A stretch of 64,000 nucleotides of DNA from Paragordius varius (taxonomy: Eukaryota > Animalia > Nematomorpha), in assembly GCA_964247055.1 (NCBI GenBank), contig OZ176058.1:2232001-2296000 (forward strand). Reading direction: 5' to 3'. The notes below the pieces were generated by a model that saw only the letters and a list, made by a program, of their open reading frames with translations, was not told the origin of the DNA and ran no database searches. Below are positions 24,982-38,919 of this stretch, in pieces. Every line of letters begins with the position of its first letter. Within the stretch, counting starts at the first letter, position 1. Made by a program: the position numbers and the translations under genes.

Positions 24982-27900
24982 TCTGGTTTAAAAGTACTAC
25001 TCTTTAAGATTTTATTTTTGGTTTTTTAATGTTTCTCACTTCGACAGTGAGATATACGATATCACAAGTTCATATATGTTAGTCTTATAAATACCTATTA
25101 GGAAATATTGGATATGAAGGTACTAATTTATATGAGAAGTATTATTGAGTTTCTGATTTTAAATTGCGCAAAGTTTTACTGTGTTTGCATTTATTAAAAA
25201 TTTAAGATTTAATTGAAGTTATAGATATAAAACGCATGATCTAAGTCCAACACGCGCGGCTCCCCACGATTTTATAGAATCTTAAATCTTAGAAATTTTG
25301 GTTTTAATTTATTCCATATTTTTGAATAATTAATTTAGCATTTGGATCCAATACATTCATTTCAGTCCTTTGATCCAAATTTAAGTAACTTTTAAAAAAT
25401 AATCCAAAAATATGGAAAAGAAACCATGGCAAAAATTTGCACTTAGTTACATTAAAGCAAAATATATAAATTCATTCAAAATTACTTAATTTAAATTAAA
25501 ATCTCTAGCTAAAAATTTGGTCTGACATGTGTGCATTAATTTAATTCTATACAAACACTTTTTTTGTTTCTATCATTGTTAGATGTGATATAATAAATTA
25601 GATAAATTTTACTTTAAAATAAAAACAAAACATTTTGCAAAAATGTTGTTAAATAAATGGCGTTGAAGTAGTTGGATATGAAACTTTTTTCTAAACTAAA
25701 TTTATTCAGATAGATAGTTCGGAATTTACATTATTTTATTGGAATGCAAGTATATAATAAAAAAATTGGGACCATTTCTTTCAGTAGTTTAAAAATATTA
25801 ACTTAAATATAGCCTGGGGTATTTAGAAACCCCAAATTGAATAGAATTGATAAGCAAACCTGGGTCCAACCACTCTAATTTGAATTTAAGGACTGAAGAA
25901 TGTTTTGTGTTCAAGTTTTAAAGTTATTAATTTTCATTTTCTAACCATATACATCTTTTGCCTGTTGCATTAGCCATAAATAAATATAGAAAAAATGGCG
26001 GCAAAATTTTTTAAAATGAGTATTTTTACGATACATTTTTTTCGGAAAAATATGCGCCTAAAATGCCAAAAAAAGCAAATTTTTGCCTATGACCTTAAAT
26101 ACTTTTTATGTCAAATTTCATTTCCGGTATAAACCACCCTAAAAAAGAATAAAGTGTCAATACATTCATAAAATTAAGGTGAAAAAATATTTTGATAAAA
26201 ATTTATGATTACAGAAATTAGATGTGATTTAGGATAGGCAGTTGTTTAACAAAGTTTAATTTGTATTAAAGGTAGATTTGGATTATAAAATTAACCACAG
26301 TGCACACACATAAAAATATTCTAAAATAAGGTTATGAAAAAATATATCATGATTCTCATGGTGCTTTCGGTTTTGAATACTTTGAATAAATTTTTTTGGT
26401 GAAAGCTAAATGCTTTATTTCAAGAAATATATTTATATTACACAGCGTTCGAAATCGGGGGCACGATAGAATAGCCTGATGAAAAATATGTTCTAGAAGA
26501 TAAATCTAACAGAATTATTATGATGCTACTTTAGGGGATTATGAGTAGTATTAAAATTATTCACACTTTTATGCTCAGTTCTCCATATCAAATGGCAAAA
26601 TTTTCCCCATATTTTAATAATTCTTTTTTGGTGGAAGCCAAATGCTTCGCTCCAATAAATATTACTATATTATAAACTACCTTTAAAAAGGTAAACATTT
26701 TAGGAAGTTTTAATTTTTAGATGTGAGCTTCGAAGTCCCGAATTTCGTTTTGCTAATATAAGCTAGTTCTTTTAAATAAATGCAAAAATGCAGGGGCACG
26801 ATAAAAATTTTAAATGAAATTATAAATTTTGACATCAACAAAATATTTTTTAAAATACATAAATTTCAATGATTTAATTTATAGCCATGTTGAATACATA
26901 CTTTTTTGGCATAATCAAAATATTCCGCCTTCAAATTTATGTTAAATAATTGTATATTTTCTCAAAAATTCATATTTAACAGACTAAACATTAAATATTA
27001 ATTTTTAGGTAATGAAATGTCCAGCATCATCGAATTATATATAAAAAGGGTTTTTTTATATTTTAAAGTTTTATTTTAACTTTTCCAAAATCGCCTCACT
27101 AAATTTTACTATATATTAATTATTTAAAACCTACATCGAGGCCATTAAATTCAAATCTCTCAAAAAATATTTTTATTAAATTTATAAATATTCTTTTATA
27201 GCTTTTTGGACGAATAATACAATTTTAAAACCTAAAAATCTAAAAATACTCCTCTCAAACTTGTTCTCCGCCATTTTTTCTTTGAGTTTTGAAATAACTA
27301 ATGAAACAGGAATATACATTTAAATTATAAAAAAAATGAGCTATCAGGCTACACTTTACCAAGTATAATCGCCTGCAAAATCACTCTTAGAGTCCAAACC
27401 ACCAAAGTTATTAAAATATAACCATTTTTTATGACCATATTACTTTTATAGTGTGCGATAATGTTAATATAAACTACTGTTTTAAAAGTTTTATTTAATT
27501 ATTTAAGTATCTAACATTGTTCTCCTATATTAAATAAAATAACTTATTTTTTATATATCATTTTGTGAATTCAAATGTTTAAAATTGGGACAGCTTCGAA
27601 ACACGATGGAAATAAACAGCTGATTTCATAATTATTTTAAATTATTGCTGTTAAAATATAAGTTAAAAGCTAACTAAAGTTAAATATTCGCATTTTCTGA
27701 TCATAATGACATTTATTTGGCTGTTTCTTTAGCGATAAAAAAGTTCTTAAAAAAATAATGGCAAAAAAGTGTAAAAAGGGTTATTTTCAATTTAACATTT
27801 TTTTAAATTTTTTTTTGAATCATATTCGCCTAAAAGGCAAAAAAAACCATATTTTTAAAATCGGCTTACTACATTATATACTTTTTAAGATAATGCAATT

Positions 27901-30143
27901 ACAAATCATTCTGAGATATAAAACTACGTCAAAAAGTGATGAAATGTTAAATTTGTTAAAATAAAAATTATTTTGCTTTTCATTATTATTTTTTCAATAT
28001 ACAAATGTTTTTCTTACTGTATATGAAATGAAAAAAGAGACCCACTAATTATACACAATATAAGGAAAAATGAACCCACACTTTTATTGAAATATTAATA
28101 AAGTTTGATAAATCACTTAAATTTTTAAAAGCGCCCGGAATTTTTAAATTTACATATGTATTAAAGCCATAAGCTGTAAAAAGAACGCCATCTAGTTTAC
28201 CATAGTTTTAGGCAATACAATGGATGGGGTGATAAAAAATTTTTTGACTTGATTTGCAAGTTTCTCAAGTCATGGCTTGCTTTCATGTGATAAAAAAATT
28301 TTAACATTAGATGACGTAAGTCAAGCAAGAAAACTTGATTTCAAGCGATAAAAAATCAGATCAAGTAAAACTTAAAGATTTTTAAAGCGTGATGTAGGGC
28401 ACACATTACAGATATTAAAAATAAATTTATTTTGAATTCATGTATATTATTTAGGTTTTTTTATGTAATTAAAACCTTTGTTAATGCTTTAAACTGTTTA
28501 TTTGATCATTTTTGGCTAATTAACCTATTCAAATTGGGTGGATACAAAAGAGGATGAATTTTCAAAAAACTCTGCTAATATTTAAGAATAGTGCATATAA
28601 AAATATGCTAAAATTATCAAATCCGTGAACCCACAAGATAAAATAATTCACGAAAATATCTTAAAATTAATATTAAAGTATTGATCTTATTTAAATTTTC
28701 GAATCCTCGATAAAAGCTCAAGATCACCATTAAAACACGTAAAAGGTTTTTCATCTAAATTTATTTTAAACTAGCGTAAATCTTGTGCTGTTACGCAGCC
28801 CGAGAAAGTCCTTCGGACTTTTGGGTATTTGAAAAAAGGGATCAATAAAATAATCCATATATGTGGATCGAAACACAATTTAATAGCTATGATCTCATAG
28901 GAATTTCTAAACGGTGCAATACAAATATATTGTTTACTGGTGTAAAGGCCCCAACTTGACGGGTAACGGAAAAAACCGCTATACTATAATTTTTACCTTT
29001 TTATGGGTAATATTTAAAGCCTTTATTAAACTCGTAAATCTTCTTAAGTTTTTTAAAAATTAGCTCCAAAACTACGCCATTTTTATATGGGGTCTCTGTT
29101 TTAAGGTAATCCTTACCCATAGACCTAAATGGAAAAAGCGCTGAGTTAATTTTTTCGCCTTTATAGGGCAAATATTTGCAATCATCTTTAAGACCATCAT
29201 CTCATGGGTTATTGGTAAAAATAACTTAACCCTAAATCGTTATATGATGGCGTATTTTTAGGGTATAAAGGCCCCAAATAAACGGCCAATAAAAAGGACC
29301 TGACCTTAATTTTTACCTAGTTACGGATACTATTTTGAACTTTAAATGAGCTCATATGGCATGGGTTTTCTTATTAGTTCCAAAACAATGCAATTTCTAT
29401 ATAGTGGCGCAGTTTTTGGCGGGTAGCTTCTTACCCAGAGGCTAATACGCTTGATTTAAATTTTTTCCTATTCTCTCGTTAGTTTTTGGAAAAATTGCCT
29501 TAAAATTGGAAAATCATTCTATGGTGGCGCATTTTTCAGGGCGTGAAGGGCCTAATTAATGGCAGATTTAAAAACCGCACGATCTAAATTTTCTTGTTAT
29601 GGGTAATACTTTAAACAGCTAATGAATTGATATGGCCTGATAAATTTTCTGAATTTTCCCAAAGGCACGCTATTTCGATATGACGGGTCAGTTTTTAGCG
29701 GGTATCTCCTTACCCAGCAGCCAATATAAAGGCATTTTACCGGGGGAACGGGTAAAAGAGGGCTTAAATTAAAAAAGCGAGCCTACCATGTTCGACGCAA
29801 TTGAAAATAAGTTAAAAAAAATCATATTTAAAATCGAATGGTCAACAAGTTTTCCGGATAATTATCTCAAAGATTTTGATGGACTTCTGTTTTCAAAAAA
29901 ACCCGTTTTTTACACGAGGTGGGCCCGAACGGGGGACCTAATTCAAAAAAAGGGCGAAGCTATTGTCAGGGCATTCATTGATTTTTTTTGACATTTGGAT
30001 TTAAATAGGTCTAGAAACAGATCATTATGCCACACTTTCCATTTTTATAATTATATAGATTTTTTGAAGCATGCGCCTCAAAAGCTAAAGAAAGCATATT
30101 TTATACTACATTAAATACTTTTTATGATATAATGACAAATCGT

Positions 30144-30407
30144 TTTGAGATATACCATTTACAATTCAAATTCACCCTTGAACAATTCAAATTCACCCTA
30201 AAAATAAATTATGTGTTTTCGGGCTAATATAACTCAGCATTAATATAAAATTTATTCTTACGGCATAATTTATTATTTTTCATAATTATATATATTTTAC
30301 AGGTGATTTTATTTTAAAAATATATGTAATTTTAATCTTAAAAAACACATAATTTCTTTTAGGGTGATTTGGAATTGTTCAAGGGTGAATTTGATCTATA
30401 AATGGTA
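30144..30407. mobile_element. CCATTT...AAATGG MITE inserted in repeat unit 2
   Basis: Same TIR as 4953-5266. It interrupts AAATCGTTTTGAGATATA|...|TATATAACTCAAACTACGCC, which is uninterrupted in the other units (about 24157, 37225, 44146). Confidence 0.85.
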
Positions 30408-33400
30408 TATAACTCAAACTACGCCAAAAGGTATGATGAAATGTTAATTTTATTTAAATAAAAATTTTCTTTAAGAGTTATGTTTTGTTGCATATTATAT
30501 AACATCATATCAACTTTCCACTTCCTAACCATTTCTATGCCCATGAATAAAAAATGACACCGACTGATCATACAATATATAACGAGGAAAAATGAACCCA
30601 TAAATTTTATAAGATAATTAATAGAGTTTGGTAAAACAAATTAAATTTGATACACCGAAACTTTCCTAAAAAGCTTTTAATGCTGATCAAATTGTATAAA
30701 AATGTGCCATCTACTTTTTGTAATTTAAGGCCATACATTAAAAAAATATGCGTATAAAGCCGTTTAAACATGTTAAAGCTTATATTTTTTTGGTTTATAT
30801 GTAATAAATACGTAACTTGTCATCCAATTATATCTGAAAAAAATATATAAAAGAATTTCCAGTAATTTATTTATATTTAACCCTTAATTTTCATGTAATT
30901 TAGCATGGGTGACGAAACTATAATTAATATCCATGTAAATTGGTAACATACTTGATTAAATATTTAACATACAATGTAACCAATTGTAAAAAAAGGAAAA
31001 TACAACATTCAAAACAGGGCTGTCCTGCGCTCTTTACAAAACATAAGTAAAATTCATATTCACTACAAATTTAATGAAATAATCTTTGCGAATTTTGACA
31101 ATGAACTAACAAAAATTGTTAGAATAAATAGTATTTCTTATGGTCTTATGTTTGAAATCTAATAATATATTTATTAATCCATATATATTAAGAATGCGGC
31201 CCGTCGGATTTTTAGATCCAAAAATACGGCCGACGAGCCAATTGTGTTGAGCACCCCTTCTGGTTTGAAAGTACTATTCTTTAAGATTTTATTTTTTGTA
31301 GATATCACAAGTTCATATATGTTAGTCTTATAAATACCTATTAGGAAAGATTGAATATGAAGGTATTTATTTATACAAGAAGTATTATTGAGTTTCTGAT
31401 TTTAAATTGCGCAAAGTTTTACTGTGTTTGTATTTATTAAATATTTAATATGATTTAATTGAAGTTATGGATATAAAACGCATGATCTAAGTCCAACACG
31501 CGCGGCTCCCTACGATTTTATAGAATCTTAAAAACTTTAGTTTTAATTTATTGAAATATTTAATACTTGGATCCAATACATTCATTTTAGTCCTTTGATC
31601 CGAATTAGGGTAATTGGATACTCCAGGCCTTTTAAAAATTAAATCCAAAAATATGGAAAAACCATGGCGAAAATTTGCACTTAGTTACATTGAAGCAAAT
31701 ATATAAAAATGTTCTCAAAAATACTTAATTTAAATTAAAACGTCAAGGTAAAAATTTAGTCTGACATGTATGCATAGCTATTTCTATACAAACACTTTTT
31801 TGTTCCTATCAATATTAAATGTAATATAACTGAAAAATTAGCTTTAACTTTAGCTTAAAAATTAAATAAACACGGTTTTCTGCAAAAATGTTGTTAAATA
31901 AAAATGTCGTCCAATTAGTTATATCTGAAACAATTTTTCAAAACTAAATTTATTCAGATAGTTTGGATAGTTTACATATCGGATAGAAGCATAAATTTAA
32001 ATTGGGACCATTTTTTTAGTAGTTTTCAAAAATATCAATTTAAAAAATAGTCTGAAGTATTAAGAAACCCCAATTTGAATCGAAGTGTTAAACAAACCTG
32101 GGGTTTCCAATTCCAATTTGAATCAAAGGATCGAGTATGTTTCGCATCAAAGTTTAATTATTTATATTTTCTAATCATATACATCTTTTGCCTGTTGCAT
32201 TTGCAATTAAAATTATAGAAAAAATGGCGGAAAATTTTTGAAATGAAATTTTTTTTTAAAATTTTACATTTTGTAAAAAAAATGTATAATGCGCCTAAAA
32301 AGCTAAAAAGCATATTTTTGCTTAATACGTTGAATACTTTTTAATATATCAATTTTCATATGGCTCTGGTTTGTAAAACTGCCCTAAAATATAATAGTGT
32401 GTTAATACATTTATAAAATTAAGTACAGAAGTTAAATGTGATTTGATTTTGAGGATGTTATTAACAAAATTTTATCTGAATTAAAGGTAGATTTGGATCA
32501 TCATAATTTAACGCACACAGTGCACACACAAAAATATTCTGATAAAGGAATATATTATGACATGGTGCTTTTTTTGGGTACTTTGAATAATTTTTTTAGC
32601 GAAAGCTAAATGCTTTATCTCAAAAAATATTTTTATATTACACAATGCGAAATCGGGGGCACAATAGAATAGCCTGATGAAATATATATTTTAGTAGATG
32701 AATCTAACAGAATTATTATGACGCCTACTCTTGAAGATTTCGAGTGATATTATAAAGTTATTCACACTTTTGTGCCCAATTCTCCATATCAGAAAATGGC
32801 AAAGTTTTCCCCATTTTTTTAATTAATTTTTTTGGTAAAAGCCAATGCTTCGATTCAATAAACATTACTATATTATAAACTATCTATATTAAAATAAAAT
32901 AATTTATAGATGTGGGCTCCGTAACCTAATTTTTTTCGTTCGGATAATATAGGCAAAATTCTTTCAAAATAAACCCAAAAGGGGCACGAGATTTAAAAAA
33001 ACACTAAAAATTTTGACATCAAAATATTAATTTTAAAAAAATAAGCCAAATTTTAAAGCATACTTTATACTATTTTGGCATGTGGGAAACTGACAACGAA
33101 ACAATTATAACTAAAATATTCGTTCGCTTTCAAATTTATGTTAAATACAAATTGTCTTTTTTCACAAAAATTCTTTCAAATTTAATAGATGAACCATTAA
33201 ATATTAATTCTTAGGTAATAGAAATGTTGAGCATCATCGACTTATATAAATTGGTGTTTTTATTATATCTTCAAGTTTTTTATACCGTTTCCACTATGCC
33301 TTAAAATACAGTTAAACTACACTGCGAAAATTTTACTATATATTAAATATCTAAAACTTCATGACATAAAAATTAGTATTGGCAAAATATATTAATATAA

Positions 33401-36400
33401 TTGTTTTAGCCTTTTGGACGGGTAAGATAATTTTAAACCTTAAAATCTTAAAATCCTCCTCTCAAACTTATTCTCCGCCATTTTTTCTTTAAGTTTTTTA
33501 AATAACTAATGAAGCAGGCAATATATTTATATTATGGCTAAAAATATAAATTATTAAATTCAAGCTATCAGGCTACTATCTTATGATGTAATCTCTTGTA
33601 ATATCACTCTAGGGTCCAAACCACCAAATTTAATAAAAAAATTAACATTTTTCATGACTTTTTTTACTTTTTTATATGAATGAACTTAATCTTGTAAATA
33701 AACTACTGTTTTGAAATTGTTTTAATTAATTATTATATTACTAATACTGTTGTCCTGAATTAGATGAAAATAACTTATATTTTATATATCATTTTGTAAA
33801 TTCAAGTCTTAAATTAAGATTTAGAGACACTATTGAAATAAACAGCTGATTATATAATTATATAAAAATATTGCTGGTAAAATATGAGTTGAAAGCTAAC
33901 TAAAGTTAATTTTTTACATTTTTCATAACTACATTTATTTGCCTGTTGCATTAGCGATATAAAAAAGATTATAGAAAAAATGGCGACAAAAAAGTTTGAA
34001 ATAAACTTTTACAATTTAACATTTTTTAAAAAAAAATTTGTATCATGTAGGCTAGAGAAAACTATTTTTAAAATAGGCCTAATACCTTAAATAATTTGTA
34101 AAATAATGCGATTCCAAATCGTTCTGAGATATAAAACTACGCTAAAAGGTGATGATGAAGTGTTAATTTTGTTAAAATAATTTTTTTTGACCTCATAAAA
34201 GCCTAAAAAAGAAAATCTTCGAAAATCGACTAACTAACCCTTAAATATTTTTTAAGAATTGTTCTATATAAAACTACGTTAAAATGTAATGATGAAATAA
34301 ATTTTTTGAATCATATCCGCCTAAAAGGCTAAAGAAAACATTTATTTAAAATATGCTTACTACCTTAAATACTTTTTAAGATAATGCAATTACAAATCGA
34401 TCTGAGATATATAAGCCAAATGTTAATTTTTTTAAAAATAAAATTTTTTTGCCAGCCTAAAAAAGAAAACATATTTTTAAAATCGACTCTACCCCTTAAA
34501 TACTTTTTAGGATAATCCAATTACAAATTGTTCTATATATAACTACGTCAAAAGGTAATGACGAAATAAATTTTTTTTCGAATCATATTCGAAAAGGCTA
34601 AAGAAAGCTATTTTTAAAATCGGCTTACGATTTTAAATACTTTTTAAGAAAATCAAATTAAATCGTTCTCAGATATAAAACTACGACAAAAGGTGATGAT
34701 GAAATGTTCATTTTGTTGAAATAAATTTTTTTTAATATTCATTATTTTTTTTGGATATACAAATGTTTTTCTTACTGTATATGAAATGAAAAAAGAGACC
34801 CACTAATTATACACAACATAAGGAAAAATGAACCCACACTTTTATTGAAATAATAATAAAGTTTGGTAAATCATTTAAAATACTAAATGCAACGGAATTT
34901 TTAAATTTGTATATATATTACGGTCGTAAGTAATAAAAAGAACGCCATCTAGTTTGCTATAGTTTTAGGCAATACATTGGGTGGGGTGATAAAATTTTTT
35001 TTGACTTGATTTGCAAGTTTCTTAATGTCATGGCTTGCTTTCATGTGATAAAAAATAATAACAGTAGAGGAAGTAAGTCAAGCAAAAAAACTTGATTTGG
35101 AGCTATAAAAAATTATATAATCATGCAAAACTTAAAGATTTTGAAAGTGTGGTGTAGGGCACACTTGACGGATTTTAAAATATGGGTAAAATTATTTTGG
35201 AGACTATTTATGTATATAATTTAGGTTTTATATTTAATTAATACCTTTGTTAATGCTTTAAACTGTTTATTTGGTAATTTTTGGCTAATTAACCTATTCA
35301 AATTGGGTGGATACAAAAGAGGATAAATATATAGAAAACTCTGCTAATATTCAAGAATAATGCATATAAAAATATGCGAAATTATTAATTCCGTAAACCC
35401 ACAAGATAAATTGATTCAATAAAATATCTCTAAATTAATATTAAAGTATTAATCTTGTTTAAATTTTTGAATCCTCGATAAACGCTCTAGATTACCTCAC
35501 CATTAAAACACGTAAAAAGTTTTTTATCTAAATTAATTTCAAACTAGCGTAAATCTCGTCTTGCTACGCAGCTCGAGGAAGTCATTCGGACTTTTTTTTT
35601 GGGGGGGGGGGGGGGGGGGGGGGTATTCGAAGAAAGGAATCAATAAAATGATCCATATATGTGGATTTTTCGAAACACAATTTAATAGCTATGATCACAT
35701 ACGATTTTCTAAACGGTGCATTCATACTAATATATTGTTTACTGGTGTTAAGGCCCCAACTTGACGGGTAACGGAAAAAACCGCTAAATTATAATTTTTA
35801 CCTTTTTATGGGTAATATTTAAAGCCTTTATTAAACTCGTATAGCCTCTTAATTTTTTTGAAAATTAACTCCAAAGCCACGCCATTTTGTATGACGTCTC
35901 AGTTTTAAACCGGTAGACCCCTACCCATAGGCCTATATGGAAAAAGCGCTAAATTAAATTTTTTGCCTTTATAAAGCAAATATTTGGAATCATTTTTGAT
36001 ACCATCGTCTCATGGGTTATTCGAAAAAATACCTCAACACTAAATAATCGTTATATGATGGCGTGTTTTTAGGGCATAAAGGCCCCAAATTAACGGCTAA
36101 CAAAAAACGCCCGACTTAAATTTTTACCTAGTTACGGGTAATATTTCAAGCTTTCGATGAGGTCATATGGCTTCATAAATTTTCTGTAAATTGGCTCCAA
36201 AACATCGCAATTTCCATTTGGTGGCGCAGTTTTTAGCGGGTAGTTCGGCAGGTATAAAAAACGTTCGGCAAAATTTTAACTTTATATGGGGAATATCTGG
36301 AATTATCATGAATTCCATATGTTCCTGTTAGTCTCATATGTTTTCTAAAATTAGCCTCCAAAGTCACGCTGTATCAATATGGTGGCGTAGTAGGCGGTTA

Positions 36401-37739
36401 GTACCACCCAAGGGCGAAACAAAAAACGCTGGATTAAAATTTTTGCCTTAATCCAGGTAATACCTGGATTCATATGAATCCATATGCTCTCGTGGTACGT
36501 GAAAGGCCTAATTAACTGCTAATTTTAATTTACTGTACGACCTAAATTTTTGCCTTATTCCGCGTAATATTTTAGGCACCTATTGAACCCAAATGGCCTG
36601 ATAGGATTTCAAAAATTTAGCTCCGAAGGCACGTTCGATATGACTGGGCAGTTTTTAGCGGGTATCTCCTTATCCAGCAGCCAATATAAAAAAGCATGAC
36701 TAATTTTTTTGCCTTTTAACAGGTAATACTGGAATCCTACGGTCTTATACTTTGGGCGAAAAAGCGATTTAAAAAATCATTTTTGTGGACTTGATTTTTT
36801 TTAAAAAATGGCATTTTACGGGGGAAGCCGGCAAAAAAAACGTCCAAGTTAAAAAAGCGAGCCGACTATGTTCGGCGCAATGAAATTAAGTAAAAAATAT
36901 TCATATTTGAAATCGAATGGTCCAACACGGTTTCCGGAAATTGTCCCAAATACACAATTATTATGGACTTCTGTTTTCGAAAAAAACCCGTTTTTACAGG
37001 GATGGACCCGAACTGGCTCAAAAAGGGCGAAATATTGTCGGGACATTCTTTATAATTATATTTTTTTGACATTTGGATTTGAATGCGTCTACCGGTTTTC
37101 CGGAAACGGATCACAAAGCCACCATCTATTTTTTAAATTCATAGTTTTTTTCAGCATGCGCCACAAAAGCTAAATAAAGCATATTTTTATAGTACATTAT
37201 ATTTTTTAAGATATAATCAAATTCCAAATCGTTTTGAGATATAAATCAAACTACGCCAAAAGTTGTGATGAAATGTTAATTTTATTTAAATAAAAATTTT
37301 CTTTAATAATTTTTTACTTTCCTCTTCCGAATCATTTCTATATCCATGCATGAAAAATGACACCGACTGATCATACAATATATAAAGAGGAAAAATGAAC
37401 TCATAAATTTTATAACATTATTAATAGAGTTTGGTAAAACAAATTAAATTTAAAATACACCAAAATTTTCTTAAAATGCTTTTGGTTAGTTATTCTAAGT
37501 TGAAAAATGCGCCATCTACTTGATAGGCAATACATTGGAAAAATTTGCGTATCTAAAAGCCGTTTAAACATGTTAAAGATTATATTTTTTTGGTTTATGT
37601 GTAATAAATACGTAACTTGTCATCCAATTATATCTAAAAAAAATATATAAAATTAATATTTCTAATGATTTATTTATATTTAACCCTTAATTTTCATATA
37701 ACCAATCATGGGTGAGACGAAACATAATTAATATCTAGG

Positions 37740-38425
37740 TGACACGCAGCGCGCGGGCTGCACACCTCCTATAAAAGATATTTTAAAGCCGGCGAAAAAT
37801 TTTAATTACACTTACAACAAGTTTTTCTGCCATTCGAGGTTCTTGCATTTTCTAATATTTACCATCATTTTAACAGTAAATCTGAACTTAAAATTTTAAT
37901 TTCACCTAAGAATTTTGTATAATTTAATTTTTTGATTCCCCCCTAATAGAAATTTAATAAAAAATGTTCTTCTCGGATAATATACAAGAAAAAGCCATTT
38001 GTAATATATCATTCGGAAGAGTAATGAAAACTCTATAAAATGCATACTAATATAAGGTACATCGACAGTTTATATTCGAGATAGGAAGCGACAAACGCGC
38101 GAAGCGAGAGCGGTTTTCTTAATTAATATATTTTAAAAACTAATTGATGAAAATAGCTTAAACAGTGTCTAGATGGCGATGAATGTCCTAAAAAGATAAA
38201 ACGTGAAAGTTTTTGGGCTCCAACATTTATTTATTGCTCTTATGCCATTCAAAACAGACATTTTTAAGTTTTTGTGTTAAAAAATTAGCATCTCATGAAT
38301 ATTAATTTATTTTCTTTAGGAAGCTTATCAATTAAAAGACTAAATATATAGTTTGATGGATTTTTTATCTTTCATAACCATTGTGTAAAATTATAGTTAT
38401 AGCTATGCATAGTATCCACTAGTTA
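37740..38425. mobile_element. About 700-bp interspersed block with Helitron-like hairpins (second copy about 44600-45275)
   Basis: The two copies are clearly homologous. GCAGC-GCGCGG-GCTGC hairpin next to CTAG at the left edge, an internal CGCGCGAAGCGAGAGCG, and a CTATGCATAG...CACTAG|T right edge. The family assignment is inference. Confidence 0.4.
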
Positions 38426-38456
38426 AAATAATATTGATAATAATAATTTTTATTAA

Positions 38457-38919
38457 CACTTGGATACAACACTCTCATTTAAGTCCTTCGATTCAAATTG
38501 GGGTAGTTGGATACCACAGGCCTGTTTAAAATTGAAAACTTTAAAAAGTATGCAAGGCATCGAAACCTTGGCAAAATTTTGCACTTATCTAACATTAATA
38601 AACCGATATATATATAAAAAATTAATTTAAAAATACTTGATATTACTTATTTTAAGCTAAAACCAAAGGGTAAAATTTCGTCAGCCTGACATGTGTAAAA
38701 TATAAAAATTAAAAAAAACAAAAAAAACCGCTTTTTCTATTTTTATCAATGGATGTAATTTATATTCAGAAATTGTATATTAATTCTTTGGCTTGTCTAT
38801 ATAATTTTTATAAAATTGAAGCATAAATTAATATTTGGATCGTTTCGTTCATTATTTTATAAAAATTTCAACTTATATATAGTCGAAGGTATTTAGATAA
38901 TCCAATTTGAATCGAAGTA
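38457..38919. mobile_element. TTAA-flanked MITE at the start of repeat unit 4
   Basis: TTAA|CACTTGGATACAACAC ... GAATCGAAGTA|TTAA. Homologs start units 1-3 (about 18480-18965, 25335-25900, 31564-32087). Confidence 0.72.
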
